Assembly (NCBI GenBank): GCA_951406725.2 | Contig: OX597815.1 | Location: 68,510,001 to 68,574,000 of the forward strand | From: Octopus vulgaris | Taxonomy: Eukaryota | Direction: 5' to 3' | DNA length: 64,000 nucleotides | Shown: in pieces, positions 1 through 12,715 of the stretch | How positions within the stretch are numbered: the stretch's first letter is position 1 | Layout of the letters: every line of letters starts with the position of its first letter | Notes under the pieces: model-generated | What the model saw: the letters and a program-made list of their open reading frames with translations, nothing else | What the model was told of the DNA's origin: nothing | Databases searched by the model: none | Translations under genes and position numbers: made by a program

Positions 1-1042
1 GTTGTTGATAACTTCTGCTACCTAGGCAATCAAGTCTGTAGTGGGGGTGGTTGCTCTGGGTGTGTAGCAGCTAGAATAAGAATAACCTGGGCAAAGTTCA
101 GGGAGCTCCTACCTCTGCTGGCAACTGAGGGCCTCTTGCTCAGGATGAAAGGTAGACTGTATAATGCATGTGTGCGAACTACCATGCTACATGGCAGTGA
201 AACATGGACCATGACTGCTGAGGACATGCATAGGCTTGAAAGAAATGAAGCTAGTATGATCTGCTGGAAGTATAATGTCCATGTGCATACACAACAGAGT
301 GTAAGTGCCCTGAGAGAAATGTTGGACATAAGAAGCAGCAAATGTGGTGTGCAAGAGAGACGACTGCACTGATATGGTCATGTGTTACATATGGATGAGG
401 ATAGCTGTGTGAGGAAGTTCCACACCCTAACTGTGAAAGGAACCTCTGGAAGAGGTAGACCCAGGAAGACATGGGATGAGATGGTGAAGCATGACCTACG
501 AACATTGGGCTTCACAGAGGCAATGACAGGAGACCAAGACCTTTGGAGTTATGCAGTGATTGAGAAGACCTGGCAAGTAAAGTGAGATCATGGCCATTGC
601 CAGTGTTGCATGTCCAGCCATTTAAGAGTGCCCTTGATGCGTCAGGTGATATAATATGTTCGAAAAGACCTGTTGAGTCGAGTAAAACCAAAATCGTAGC
701 TGTGGCCAGTGACCCTGACTGGCTCCTGTTCCGGTGGCACGTAAAATGCATCATTCGAACATGGCCGATACCAGTATCTCCTGACTGGCTCCTGTGCCAG
801 TGGCACATAAGAAGCACTATCTGAATGTGATTGATGCCAGGCCCACCTGACTGGCTTCTGTGCCAGTTACACGTAAAAAGCATCCACTACACTCTCGGAG
901 TGGTTGGTGTTAGGAAGGGTATTCAGCTGTAGAAATATTGCCAGATCAGATTGGAGCCTGGTGCAGCCGCTAGCTCTACAGACCTCAGTCAAACCGTCCA
1001 GCCCATGCCAGCATGGAAAACAGACGTTAAACAATGATGATG
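1..1042 (+). mobile_element. RTE-clade LINE, 3' part (ORF2 C-terminus, 3' UTR, (GAT)n tail), degenerate
   Basis: Translates VVDNFCYLG...RIRITWAKFRELLPLL...GRLYNACVRTTMLHGSETW...RGRPRKTW, the typical RTE post-RT region. Closely similar to 36147-36720. Ends in gatgatga. Confidence 0.85.
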
Positions 1043-1283
1043 AATTGGTTATCGTTTAACCAATTAACTGATTGATTGTTTGGTTTATCATTAGATCAAT
1101 CAATCAGTCTGCTAAGTGTGTCAAAGTCCTTTCGCAACCTCATCAATGACCTGCCTAAAACAGAGCTGGAGTAGAGAAGACATATTACTGATGAGGTTGA
1201 TTTTGATAAAGCTGATTGATCAATCGACTGAACAGTTTATCAAATAATTGGTTAATTAATTGGTTAAAAGATTAACCAATTAA
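1043..1283. mobile_element. MITE-like element with imperfect terminal inverted repeats
   Basis: aattggttatcgtttaaccaattaa at the left end mirrors ttaattggttaaaagattaaccaatt at the right end. There is also an internal gatcaatcaatcag / ctgattgatcaatc inversion. Confidence 0.5.
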
Positions 1284-2354
1284 CAATAAAGAATCTTGCA
1301 AACTAAATACAAAAATGAAGTATTGTAATTAAAAGTAATTTCTATCTTTTTAATGTACAGTCCTCCCACCCCCACATAAAATATATATATATATGATTAT
1401 AAACTTAATTTCTCTGTTCTTTTCCTTACAGATATTGTTTAGATTTCTCTACATTTGGAACTAGTGTATTACATGGCCATGGTTAAGCTTAGTAGTAGAA
1501 TCACAAAAGTTCCAAAAGTATTAAGCCACTATAGAGTAGTTGACATTAGGAAGGGAAGCCAGCCATAGAAGCTATGTCGCAGCTGACACTGGAGTACAAT
1601 GCAGCTCTACAGCTTGCAAGATCCTATCAAACTGTTGAACGCATGCCAGCATGGAAAATGGACATTAAATGAGGATGATATTAAGTGTTATTTATAGTAT
1701 GCTAGAAGGGAGTATGTTGGGCTAAATACTATTATTATTAGGAGCAAAGAGGTACACAGAAGTGAATGTGAAATCTGTGGTCAACTGATTGCAAAGTCAA
1801 ACTTGAATTTCTTCAGTTCAAAGAACCCAGGAACACTGGATTTTATAATTTTCATTTAAGTCATCTGTCAAAGAAAGTTAAATATATTGCTCCAAAACCT
1901 CACCTAGAACTGGATAAAGACTTTCTACTCATCTCCACAAATTAATCACAGCAAAGTGTGACTTCTCAATGAATTCACTTAGACTGTATTTCAACAAATA
2001 TGGTAAGAAACGAGCTAAAGAGAGACTTTGCTTCAATTAATTCTGAATGTGATTTAAGAATTTAGTAAAATAACTTTGTCATTATTTAGTGTTTAAAACA
2101 TAAATTAGCAAGAAATTTTGATGAAATGTTTTAATTTAGGTCTTTTTAAAACTGCAAGTTTATATCCTAGAACCAAGAGCAGTCTCTGGTGGGTTGAAAT
2201 CAAAAGCAATGATTTTCTTTTCTCTGTCATGTTTGAAGATTGTTCTGTATATAAGACTTATAGATGTTGGCATATTTGATTAAATGTCTTGAGATGAGTA
2301 GTCTTTAGTAGGATTGCAACTGTATAAACTATTAATATCATCTTTAGAAAGCTT

Positions 2355-2582
2355 TTAACCCTTTACAATTCAGATTACTCTGTCTAATATAGTGCTTCTT
2401 TATTCACATTGTTTTTGAATTAACCATGCATTGTCTTGTAGCTTCAAGATTTCAATGATGTGATTGTTTATTTTTTTTAGAATGACACTGTAGGGTAAGT
2501 ATAAGAGGCCAGATCTGGCCAGTTTGAGCATAAAACGGAATATTTTAGCCAGATACGGTTGGTGTAAATGCTAAAGGGTTAA
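2355..2582. mobile_element. piggyBac-type MITE, family A
   Basis: TTAA-CCCTTTA...TAAAGGG-TTAA termini. Further copies at 21878-22084 and 48390-48586. Confidence 0.8.
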
Positions 2583-2651
2583 TATCTTGTTGAGCACTTT
2601 CCACAATACTTGTTATATTTACTCATCCTAAATAATACTCTACTTTTTCAG

Positions 2652-2732
2652 CGGTTGATGCACACTGTTGTTCTACAGTTGAATGATACCTTCAAAATTG
2701 AATTAAACTGTTGCCTAATCCTTAACAAAAAG
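2652..2732 (+). CDS. CIT: Citron Rho-interacting kinase-like gene, internal exon (start of CNH domain)
   Basis: ttttcag acceptor and gtgaga donor. Encodes RLMHTVVLQLNDTFKIELNCCLILNKK (27 aa), which aligns to citron [27 protein letters not shown]. Phase 0/0. Confidence 0.8.
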
Positions 2733-3039
2733 GTGAGATTTTTTTTTCTCTTTGTCTCAAACCTTCTTTCAACTCTTTAAGTGTCACTATTTCCCTTCTT
2801 TCATTTATTTTAACTCACTTATTATCACATGAAAGTGCCTGAAATGACACTTCTGTATCTACAGCATTGACTTACTTAAATACAACATTTCTTTAATCAT
2901 CTACTGTTGTAAAATGAATACATGCTTTTGGCTTCAGTTCCACTGTGCAGCACCTTGGGCAAGTTTTCTACAATAGCCCCAGGCCTGCCAGTGCCTTGAG
3001 AGGGAATCTAGTGAGCAGAAGTTGTAGTTATCCTGTAGT

Positions 3040-3262
3040 TAAGGCAGCAAGCTGGCAGAAACATTATCACACCAGGCGAAATGTTTAGTGGTATTTCGTC
3101 TGCCGTTACGTTCTGAGTTCAAATTCCACCGAGGTCGGCTTTGCCTTTCATCCTTTCGGGGTCGATAAATTAAGTACTGGGGTTGATGTAATCGACTTAA
3201 TCTCTTTGTCTGTCCTTTTTTGTCCCTTTCTATGTTTAGCCCCTTGTGGGTAATAAAGAAAA
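3040..3262 (+). mobile_element. SINE with Nin/Deu-like central domain
   Basis: B-box-like gagttcaaattcc followed by gcctttcatcctttcggggtcgataaattaagtac. Other copies at 22318-22510, 50339-50560, 51622-51820 (-) and 61740-62160 (-). Confidence 0.75.
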
Positions 3263-4282
3263 AAGGAGCTGTAGTTATCCTATCATAAATGTGTGTGCAC
3301 TTGCATGCACATGTGGAATGTGAATGTTTCACATTTTGAGCAAACAGTGGTCACACTGACATTACAACTGGCCACTCTGCACTTTCAAAGGCCTGCAGAT
3401 TCTAAAAATTTCTTATCTGAAAAACAAGTATTGGTGACTGGGAGAACATCCTACTATAAAATCCTGCCTCACAATCAATCTACATTCATTCTATGCTAGC
3501 AATGTATGGATAGATGGATATTCAACAAACAAGCAAAACTCACGACCTATAAATACTGGAGATCAACCATTTGTGGAATTAATACTTTGTAGAATTTTTA
3601 TGTAATTCTACCATCATCATTTTAAATATACACTTTTTCATGTTTGCATGGATTGAATAGAATCTGTTGAGGCATATTTTTCTACAATGGATATTCTTCC
3701 TATCAACAACCCTTACCTGCTTCCAAGTGAGATGGTACTCCCCACGACCAGACACATACACACACATATGCATAGTTATATAATGGGCTTCTTTCAATTT
3801 CCATGTACCAGATCTATTCACAAGACTTTAGTTGGCTCAGGGCTAGAGTAGAAGACACTTGCCCAAGGTGTCACACAGTGGCACTGAATCAAAGATCATG
3901 TGGTTGAGAAGTAAACTTCTTACCATGCAGCCATGCCTATGTATGAGTAACAAATATATCTGTGGTTTTACATTCTGTGTAGCATAGTTAATGTATATAT
4001 ACTCTTGACAGGCATGCTGTTGTGGTTTTTGTCTGAAACAAAATCTCTTCATAGACATGTTGTATTGAGAAAGCTAATCTACGTTTGATGTTCTTGTGAG
4101 TCACTGCTACAATAATCTTTGCTTCTCTCTGATATATATTGTTTTTTTTTACTACATGTCTTTGAAGAGATTTTCTCTCAGATGAAATCCACAGCATCAT
4201 GCCTTTCAGTGCTGTATATAGGTTAAGTATGGTACATAGATGGCTATTTTGTCTATTGAGTATTATTTTGAATCATACTCAA

Positions 4283-4590
4283 TGAAGTGCATGGCTTAAT
4301 GGTTAGGGTATTCAGTTCACGATTGTAAGATTGGGAGTTCAGTTTCAAGTGACGCATTGTGTCCTTCAGCAAGACACTTTATTTCACATTGCTCCAATGC
4401 ACTCAGCTGACAAAAATGAGTAGTACCTTTGTTTCAAAGGTACTACAGTTTCATCACATTCTGTATCACACTGAATCTCCCTAAGAACTACGCTAAGGTT
4501 ACATGTGTCTGTAAAGTGCTCACCCACTTGCACATTAAATTTATGATCAGATCAACTAGAACCCTTATCGTCATAACCAACAGAATATTA
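4283..4590 (+). mobile_element. tRNA-derived SINE
   Basis: A-box tggcttaatggttag, B-box-like gagttcagtttc, then tgtgtccttcagcaagacactttatttcacattgctcca body shared with other copies. Confidence 0.7.
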
Positions 4591-4642
4591 TTCTGAATTA
4601 TTATTCATGCTTGTAGGAATATATTTTATTGCATTTCAGTTA

Positions 4643-4832
4643 GGTCATTATGCCAATAATAAACACACTGGTTCTATTTCAGTTCTTTTATTATTATTAT
4701 TATTAGTCAATTAGTTGAACAAGTAACCAATTAACTCATCAATTAGTTAATTGTTTAAATGTTAATGAATTGACTACTAATAATAAAAGTAAAATAGAAC
4801 CAGTGCATGTATTTGTTATTGTCATAATGACC
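4643..4832. repeat. Imperfect foldback (about 190 bp)
   Basis: ggtcattatgccaataa..cactggttctattt is inverted as aaatagaaccagtg..ttattgtcataatgacc. Confidence 0.8.
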
Positions 4833-4862
4833 CTTCTAAGATACAGCAAAATCTGTTGCAAC

Positions 4863-4937
4863 AGTCTAGTAGCTGGGAAACTATATTATCATAATATAAA
4901 CTATATTGTGAGAATATAGTTTCCCAGCTATTAGACT
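4863..4937 (+). other. 36-bp intronic hairpin
   Basis: agtctagtagctgggaaactatattatcataatata / aac / tatattgtgagaatatagtttcccagctattagact, with two G-U pairs and one mismatch. Confidence 0.85.
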
Positions 4938-5071
4938 TTCAGTTGTTTTCTATGTTAGTGAATGTTAGACAGCTGTAAAGTTCTCAGTTCACTGTCACAT
5001 TTGAAACTATTTCACTGTTAATATCTATGTGAACAATATTTATTTATTGTGTTTGTATGTTTATTTCACAG

Positions 5072-5225
5072 TTTTTGCTTCTTGGTGGTGAGGAAGGACT
5101 CTTTGTCAGTGAAATCCAAAATTCTTCTTACTCCTTGTACAGTACCCCAGTTAAGATATGTGGTGTTAGCAGTGTTTATCATATGCAGTCTGTATCTTCC
5201 TTACAGTTAGTAGTCCTTCTTGTTG
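5072..5225 (+). CDS. CIT: Citron-like gene exon (CNH domain)
   Basis: tttcacag acceptor, gtaagt donor. Encodes FLLLGGEEGLFVSEIQ...VSSVYHMQSVSSLQLVVLLV(G), matching the CNH motif VLVGTEEGLY. Phase 0/1. Confidence 0.9.
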
Positions 5226-6329
5226 GTAAGTAATGTTGTTTACTTTAACTTGTCAAAGATTTCTCCATAATATTTCTATTTCAAATGGATCCTCCTATGC
5301 TTGTCTTTTCTTTCTTGCCATTAATCAAATCAGTAGGTTCTGTCACCACTTGATCTACTCAGTTTTGTTGCCAAATATTTCTCAAGTGCCTTAGAATCTT
5401 CATAGACAGTTCTGAGACTGCTTTAACCAAGATAATGGCCTCCATTGTTTAAGGTTAACCATGCATCTCCACATGTACGTGCAGTTCAGGGCAAGATTTT
5501 TTTTTTAAGAAGACTGGTAATTGCCCATGTATGCAAGTCTCTCCTTTTCACACCACTGACTTTTGCCAATACAGTTTGGCACTAAGATGTCACAGGAATT
5601 ACTGTCTCAACTCAAAGGGCTGTAATAAATACCACAGGATAGGACATGCTATTCAACCCTCCAATAGATCCACTAATTCATCCCCAAAATAGATTGGTAT
5701 TCTTTTATCGATCTTGAAAATCTAACATTAGCGAGATTTGATCTCAGAGCACAGAGTCAGAACAAATACCACAAGGTATTATATCCTATGCTCTAATGAC
5801 TCTATCATTTTGCTGCCTTCACTTATGATGGCTGAAACAAACTGAAGAGGTTTTAAGCTATCAATCTCAAGGAACTTAAGCCCTTCATTCTCTATGGAGC
5901 ACAGGCCATTGATGACTTTTCTCTACTATCCTTGACCCTGGGCTCTCTTTACTACTTCTCTTCAGTTAGTTCCCACCTTCCTATCTTTACCTCTGGGAGG
6001 AGGTGGTCCATAATAATCCAGCCCCTATCCTTTGACCTGTTTGGCATGACAGGGCCTTCCAGGAGCTTACACTCTGGTAGTATAGCTCAGCTCTCATGGT
6101 TATTGAAACACACAAGCTACCACACCACAGTGAGTACTGAACCTTGTGGTGGAATCTCAAGGAAGTAGGCGCATGTTAGACACTCCCATTACTAAACTAT
6201 TAATCAAATGTTTTAATTAAATTCTGCGTCATTGTCCTTAGAATTGACTGGAGCTACTCAACAACAACCAACAACATCACTAACATTTTGTTAGCTAAGT
6301 GTTTATTCTTTTGTTCTAGTCCTGTATTA

Positions 6330-6457
<128 letters not shown>

Positions 6458-7386
6458 GTACTGTTCCATGATGGTAGGATCAATAAAAAAAATTCTCCAT
6501 CTGGTGAGAGATAAATATTATTTAATAGACGCAATATGTTTTTGTGCTACTAATAGTGTCATATGTTGAGAAATACCTCAAACATATTCACCAGGCACAA
6601 ACTACATATCATAGGGAAATAAAAATTGAATAAGAAACACGAAAAGTTGAGAAGGAAGCAAATATATATATATATATAAGGTGTTGTTTAAAAAATATAC
6701 TTTATTATATCAGTATTTCATGCTTTTGTTGTTGTTCCTTTACTATTTTTACACAGACTCTCTGGTTCTGTATAATTTAGTCTATGTAATTGGAACAAAT
6801 TAAAACCATTTTCATCAATGAGATTATTTAAATCTAGTCAAAGTTCATTGCTTGTGATGGACCAGTGTACTGTTCAGAGGGAAAGCCATGGAAACCAGGT
6901 TGAATTCTGGCCTTATGAGCCTTGAGACTCATGACAGATTTAAATGTTCACTGGTGGTGGTGGTGGCACCAGCAGCAGCGATGACAACCATACAAATTCT
7001 TCTCTTGCTTTATGCTTATTTATTGTATATGAACAGAACAAGCTATTAACCACTTATTCCATCAACTTCTAAGGGAACCTCAGCCTGCTAGAAATAGATA
7101 CCAAATTCCTGGCATACATGTTGCCATCTTTAAAAAAAGTAAGAAACAATATATTGGATAACATTGACCATTTTATTCAAAAAGATAGTCAACACTGGAT
7201 TGTCTTTGGTTAAAGATCTACTCAGTGAGATCAGATCTAGGTCTAAATAACAACAACAAACAAATATCTAAAATGTTGGCAGTATCCATTCTGTACTAGT
7301 AGACTGGAAATTTAGAATTTTAAATATTTTTATGCAAAGTTTTCTGAAGTTATCTCTCATTGTGTTCAAATTGTTTCAATTTTCAG

Positions 7387-7619
7387 GAGAAGATCGTGCA
7401 TTAATAGCAATTAAGAAAAAAAGCCTTAAGAACAAGCATTTCCATAAGTTGCCAAACCAGTCCAACCCTATCCCTTATGACACTTTAGACAAAGTTATCC
7501 GTTGTACAGTGTTTGATGTTGGCATGTGGGAGGAATGTGTTTACCTTTGTGCTGGCATGATCGACAGAATTGTCCTCATGAAATACAACCATGGATTGGA
7601 TAAGTTTTGCGTCCGAAAG
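7387..7619 (+). CDS. CIT: Citron-like gene exon (CNH domain)
   Basis: Encodes (G)EDRALIAIKKK...VYLCAGMIDRIVLMKYNHGLDKFCVRK, versus citron GEERAL...[25 protein letters not shown]. Phase 1/0, AG/GT ends. Confidence 0.93.
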
Positions 7620-7694
7620 GTAAATTGCAATATTGCTATTTGTAATTACATAAATTCATTATCAGATCTGTCTCCTCATTTCTAATTTAAGGTA

Positions 7695-7860
7695 CAGGTA
7701 TGATTCCATGGTTAAGAAGTTTGCTTCTCAACTACATGGTCTCAAGTTCAGCCCCTCTACATGGCACTTTGGGCAAGTGTCTTCTACTATTGCCCTGGGC
7801 CAAAAAAAGCTTTGTAAGTGGATTTGGTAGATGGAAACTTTAAGAAGCCTGTTGTATAAA
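7695..7860 (+). mobile_element. Abundant tRNA-derived SINE (ggcaccttgggcaagtgtcttctactatagcc family)
   Basis: The same body recurs many times, e.g. 3785-3940 (-), 13640-13790, 16205-16350 (-), 39184-39340, 43298-43450 (-), 49315-49475, 52935-53095 (-), 58168-58322 (-). Confidence 0.75.
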
Positions 7861-8156
7861 TGTGTGTGTGTGTGTGTGTGTGTGTGGAGAGAGAGAGAGA
7901 TGTACGTATATGTGTGGGTGTTTGTATCCCTTTGTTTTGACATTGTGTAATAGTTGTAAATGAGTATCACTGTCATACAAGTAGTGTCATTCATTTACAT
8001 ATGTTTGGCCAAGGGGAAATATTGTGAGAGTTGGAAAAAGAAAGGTCTTCGACACATGCAATCATGGAAAAGTTGACATTAAAATAATTACGATTGTTTC
8101 GATACTGTCAAGAAGAGAGACTTATTTTTTTTTCGCTCTCCTTTCTGTGTTCTCAG

Positions 8157-8268
8157 GAATTTACTACCATTGCTGAACCTTGCAGTTGTGTGTGTGTTGC
8201 AGATAAATTTGCCATTGTTGGCACTGACCAGTTTATGTGCATTGATTTTGAAAATCCATCTTTGAAAG
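8157..8268 (+). CDS. CIT: Citron-like gene exon (CNH domain)
   Basis: Encodes EFTTIAEPCSCVCVADKFAIVGTDQFMCIDFENPSLK, versus citron [29 protein letters not shown]. Phase 0/1. Confidence 0.93.
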
Positions 8269-9984
8269 GTAAATAAAACTTTTATTTGACTCTAACTACT
8301 TAAAACATCTGAAGAATAGTTTCTCCCTCAATATATATTTACTTTCTGTAGCTTTCCCTTTCACATAAACTATTTCTTCTTTCTCAGTTAATCTATTAAT
8401 TCATGAACAGCTTTTTAATTATGGTTCTTTTTCTTTTATAGCATCTCTTTTCTAGCCATTTCTACCTCATTATCATTTATATCTCTTTCTAGCTTCCCCA
8501 CCCCTCTAGCCCTCTTGTAAAATGAATGTAGTGTTGTCATTCCTCTACAGCAAATAAGCTGCTCTGTTCCAGTAATTTTCTCTTATACTTGACCCCCTCT
8601 TTACTCCTCATCTTCTAGCATAAAGTTACCTACTTGCTATTCAGGGCTCATAGCTTTGCAAGCTATATGGCAACATCACTAATACTGGTGGCAAAAAACA
8701 AAATGCATCCAGTACACTCTGTAAAGTAGTTAAGAAGGGCATCCAGCTGTAGGAACCAGTCCAAGCAGATACTGAAGTACAGTGCAGTCCTTGAAGCCAT
8801 TGGATCCTGTCAAACCATCTAACCCATGCCAGTTTGGAACATTGATATTAAATGGTGATGCAGAGGAGGAGGGAAGATTACTGATTATGACTCTTTACAA
8901 GGCCTCCAAGTCTAGAAGAAGAAGAGGAAAGTATCTTGAAACTGGAGACCCAACTTAAATGCTTACTACAGAGTGGGATCTAAAGGTACCCAAGGTACCA
9001 GATGGTGGTGTTAAACTAGGTATTGAGTTATGTCTATTACCTAAACAGGCCTTGGCTGGATTTGAGCTCAGACACATAGAGACTGAACAAATTTTGCAAA
9101 GCATTTAGTTCAATTTTCTTACATGTCTGCCAGTACACTAATCCGAATTTGTTTATTTTTATTGACCTTGAAAGGTTGAAACATAAAATTGACTTCAGCA
9201 GGATTTGAACTCAGAGCTAATACCATGCAACATTCTATCTAACACTTTAACAACTTCACTAATTTACTATCCCAAACCATTTATACATCAAACCTTATAT
9301 ACAGACCAAACATTTTCTATATTTTCAAACATACTGTTTTGTTGAATTTTTGTACCATTTCTCATCATAAATTTATTATTAACCCTAACATATTCAATGA
9401 GTTAGTGCCAACAGATATTTAATTACTGATAATTGATGAGAAACTAGGATTTCACTGCTCACTTTACCTTATGAGAGCAATGCAATGGAAATTTAAGAAA
9501 AAGGCAATGATATAGCTATATCAGCTCTCTAATAAAAATCTGTTTTTCATTTTGTATATAAAAGTTTATTCTGTTGAATATTTTAATCTTTTTGTTATAA
9601 TATTTCTGTTGAAATATCCTGGCTTTGTTTCATTTAATTTTGAAAGTAATTAAGAATTTCGTAATATATTTATCTTCCAAGTATGCACTGGTTCTATTTC
9701 ACTTTTATGTACAAATTAAATTGGTGTTTCAAACAGATTAACAGGAAATTTTGATGGAAGATTTTAATTTAGATAACTTTAAAACTGGAAGCTTATACTA
9801 GAGAACCAGGAGCAGTCTCAGGCAGGTTGCTATCAAAAGAATTAAGATAATTTTTTTTATACACACACGGATACTTTTCAAAATGATGTTGAAGTTTTAC
9901 TATAAACAGCATATTGTTTCTGTATCAACAGCAATAAATTATTAAATACCAGTAATATATGGTACTGAATGTCAGTTACATAAC

Positions 9985-10315
9985 AGCGCCGCCCCAACCA
10001 GCTCCTGTGCCGGTGGCACATAAAAAGACCATCCGAACGTTGCCAGCGCCGCCTTGGCTGGCTTCCGTGCCGTTGGCACGTTAAAAGCTCCAACCGATTG
10101 TGACCGATGCCGGAACCCCCCCCTGGCACCTGTGCAGGTGGCACGTAAAAAGCACCCACTACACTCGCGGAGTGGTTGGCGTTAGGAAGGGCATCCAGCC
10201 GTAGAAACTCTGCCAGATCAGACTGGAGCCTGGAGCAGCCCCTGGCTTCCCAGACCCCGGTCGAACCGTCCAACCCGTGCTAGCACGGAAAACGGACGTT
10301 AAACGATGATGATGA
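9985..10315 (+). mobile_element. 5'-truncated RTE 3' UTR copy (or partner SINE) with about 60-bp repeats and (GAT)n tail
   Basis: ggcacgtaaaaagcacccactacactc...ggagtggttggcgttaggaagggcatccagc...catggaaa..gacgttaaacgatgatgat, the same tail as the LINEs at 1-1042 and 35240-37477. Confidence 0.8.
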
Positions 10316-10567
10316 TAACTGACATTCTTTCTAGAGACATGACTGTCTCTAGAAAGCAAAAACTGGCTTCTGAAGAATTTTCATTCAGAACTAAGACACA
10401 CTGAACCAAATACGTAAATGATTTAGTCCATCACTCTACTTACTAGCCACGCCAGTTCCAGTGTTCTACTTACAGTCAATTGTTTAACTTTCTATTGATT
10501 CTTATATTTAAGTATCTATGTGTAATTATGAAAGAAACAAATATAATATATTTGTTAATTATTTCAG

Positions 10568-10687
10568 AATATTTAGACAGCAAGGATCCATCTTTTAAAT
10601 GTATATATGACAATACAAGCTTACCTTTGAATGTTGTGAAAATTTCTCCACAAGGAGCACCGCTAGAATTCTTGCTCTGCTATTATG
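10568..10687 (+). CDS. CIT: Citron-like gene exon (CNH domain)
   Basis: Encodes EYLDSKDPSFKCIYDNTSLPLNVVKISPQGAPLEFLLCYY, versus citron EFLDKNDHSL...FPVSIVQV...EYLLCFH. Phase 1/1. Confidence 0.92.
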
Positions 10688-12236
10688 GTTAGTAATTTAC
10701 TTTTATTCTTCATCTTGTTTACTTGTGTGTGTGTGTGTTTCTATTTGTATATTTTTGTGTCAGTGCATAGCTTTTACTTGTTTCAGTCATTGGATTATGG
10801 CCATGCTGGAGCATCACCTTAAATGATTTAGCTGAATAAATATACTCCCAGTTCATATTTTTTAATCTGATATTCTGTCAGTCACTTTTGCCAATCCACT
10901 AAGTTACTGGAATATAAACAAACCAACACCAGTTGTCAGGTTATTGTGGAGGGAGGATAAACACAAGCAAAAAGATGCACTCAAACGCAACATACACATG
11001 CACACACACACACACACACACACACAAAACATATTTTCACACAGTTTCTGTCTCTCATTTTCACTCACTATGCATTGATCAGTCCAGGGCCAAAGTAGAA
11101 GATACTTGCCCAAAACCACACAGCTGCAAAGTGAGTTTCTTAACCACACAGCTATGCTTACACCTAATTCTTCTATTTTGAAAATAATTATTTTTTAATT
11201 ATTTGTTTAACATAATTGTTTAAGACCACAGGCAATATTAATTTACTTTGTAAACTTGATATCTGTAAAGAACCCCTTTAGGACATAAATTTTTCTTTCA
11301 ATTCTTTGTGTTAACAAAGTTCCAAATAATGCCATTGCCTATTTTCACAGATCAATAAGGCTTGACTGAACAATAACACAACTCTAAATCTTGTAATATA
11401 TTTCCATCAGTACACATCCTACTAACATATATGCCTCTTACCCTTATCTACCACCCTACCTACTTCCCAGATGTACATACACCAAGCCTAATCACCATTC
11501 CATATACCTGCATCTATCCCAAAAAAGAAAACTTATCAGAGACTAAAGCCAAGATAAACCCAAATGTAGCACAGTCTAATGAAGGCTAGTAGGCCAAAAC
11601 TTTGATGACATTCCTTTTTTATAAAAGTATATTAAATATGTACTCTACAAAATGTACAATATGTCTGTGTGCGTGTGTATGTTTGTGTCTCCTTGTCTTA
11701 ATATTGCATGATAGTTGTAAATCAATGTCTGTCATTTATTTCCAATGTTTTATGTAAGCATGTCTGGCTATGGAGATATATTACTTTGCATGGAAACAGG
11801 TAATGGTTGATAACGGGAAGGGTGTCTGGCCATAGAAAATCTGTCTCAAACTCCATTTTACCCAAGCAAAAATGGATGTTAAAACAATGATGGTTAGGAT
11901 ACTGCAATCTTTGACAAAACTGGATTGAGAAAATACTGATAATAATTTCAAAGAATTTGCAAATTGTTCTTTTGCAATTTGCAGTAAAGTTGAAAATTTT
12001 TTCTCCTTTTCATTGCTAGTGGGATTCTTTCTGTATCAGAAAGCAAAATTATGCAGCTTTTTTGTGTTTTTTTAACCCATTTTAAATTATTTATTTAGAT
12101 CCAATATAGGAAGTAAATGTTATTTGTAATTTGGAACTGGCTATTTTATTATTCTTTTATCACAAATAAAATCATTTTATCTATTTTTATCATTTTGTAC
12201 TATTGAAAGTAATTTTTTTTTTCAATCTATCTTCAG

Positions 12237-12317
12237 AATTCGGTGTTTATGTGGACTATAGAGGTCGTAGAAGTCGGTCAAATAACTTAAGATGGAGTGG
12301 TGTACCCTTGACATTTG
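12237..12317 (+). CDS. CIT: Citron-like gene exon (CNH domain)
   Basis: Encodes EFGVYVDYRGRRSRSNNLRWSGVPLTF, the hallmark CNH GVFVDxxGRRSR..LKW motif. Phase 1/1. Confidence 0.95.
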
Positions 12318-12482
12318 GTATGATGCTAGTCTTATGTTTTAGTAGTTCATTTTCAACTGAAATGTCTATTTTTACTGTCACTGTGTGTGTGTGTGTGTGT
12401 ATACACACATACACTGACTTTCTCTTTTTAATTCCACTTACCATTATTATATTAGTAATTATGCTTTTCTCTCTGTTTCTAG

Positions 12483-12564
12483 CCTATCATGACCCCTATC
12501 TCTTTGTCACTTACTTCAACTTTGTTCAGGCCATTAACATCCCCATGAACAGAAGCCAGATAAA
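12483..12564 (+). CDS. CIT: Citron-like gene exon (CNH domain)
   Basis: Encodes AYHDPYLFVTYFNFVQAINIPMNRSQIK, versus citron [20 protein letters not shown]. Phase 1/2, gtaagc donor. Confidence 0.95.
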
Positions 12565-12715
12565 GTAAGCAATGTTTGTTATTCCTTGTTGTTGTTAAAG
12601 TGAATCAAATCCTGCCCCACCCAATAGTGTTTACTTGTTTGTTTTCTCTTCATTTTATTTCACTCCTTGTTCTTAAATCATATTTTTTTTTAATAAAGAT
12701 TTATAGTTTTACACT

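Noticed and set aside
1432-1481. Possible extra citron exon after a strong acceptor (tttccttacag)
   Set aside because: The only open frame (YCLDFSTFGTSVLHGH) ends in phase 1 at the plausible donor, which is incompatible with the phase-0 exon at 2652. There is no convincing homology.
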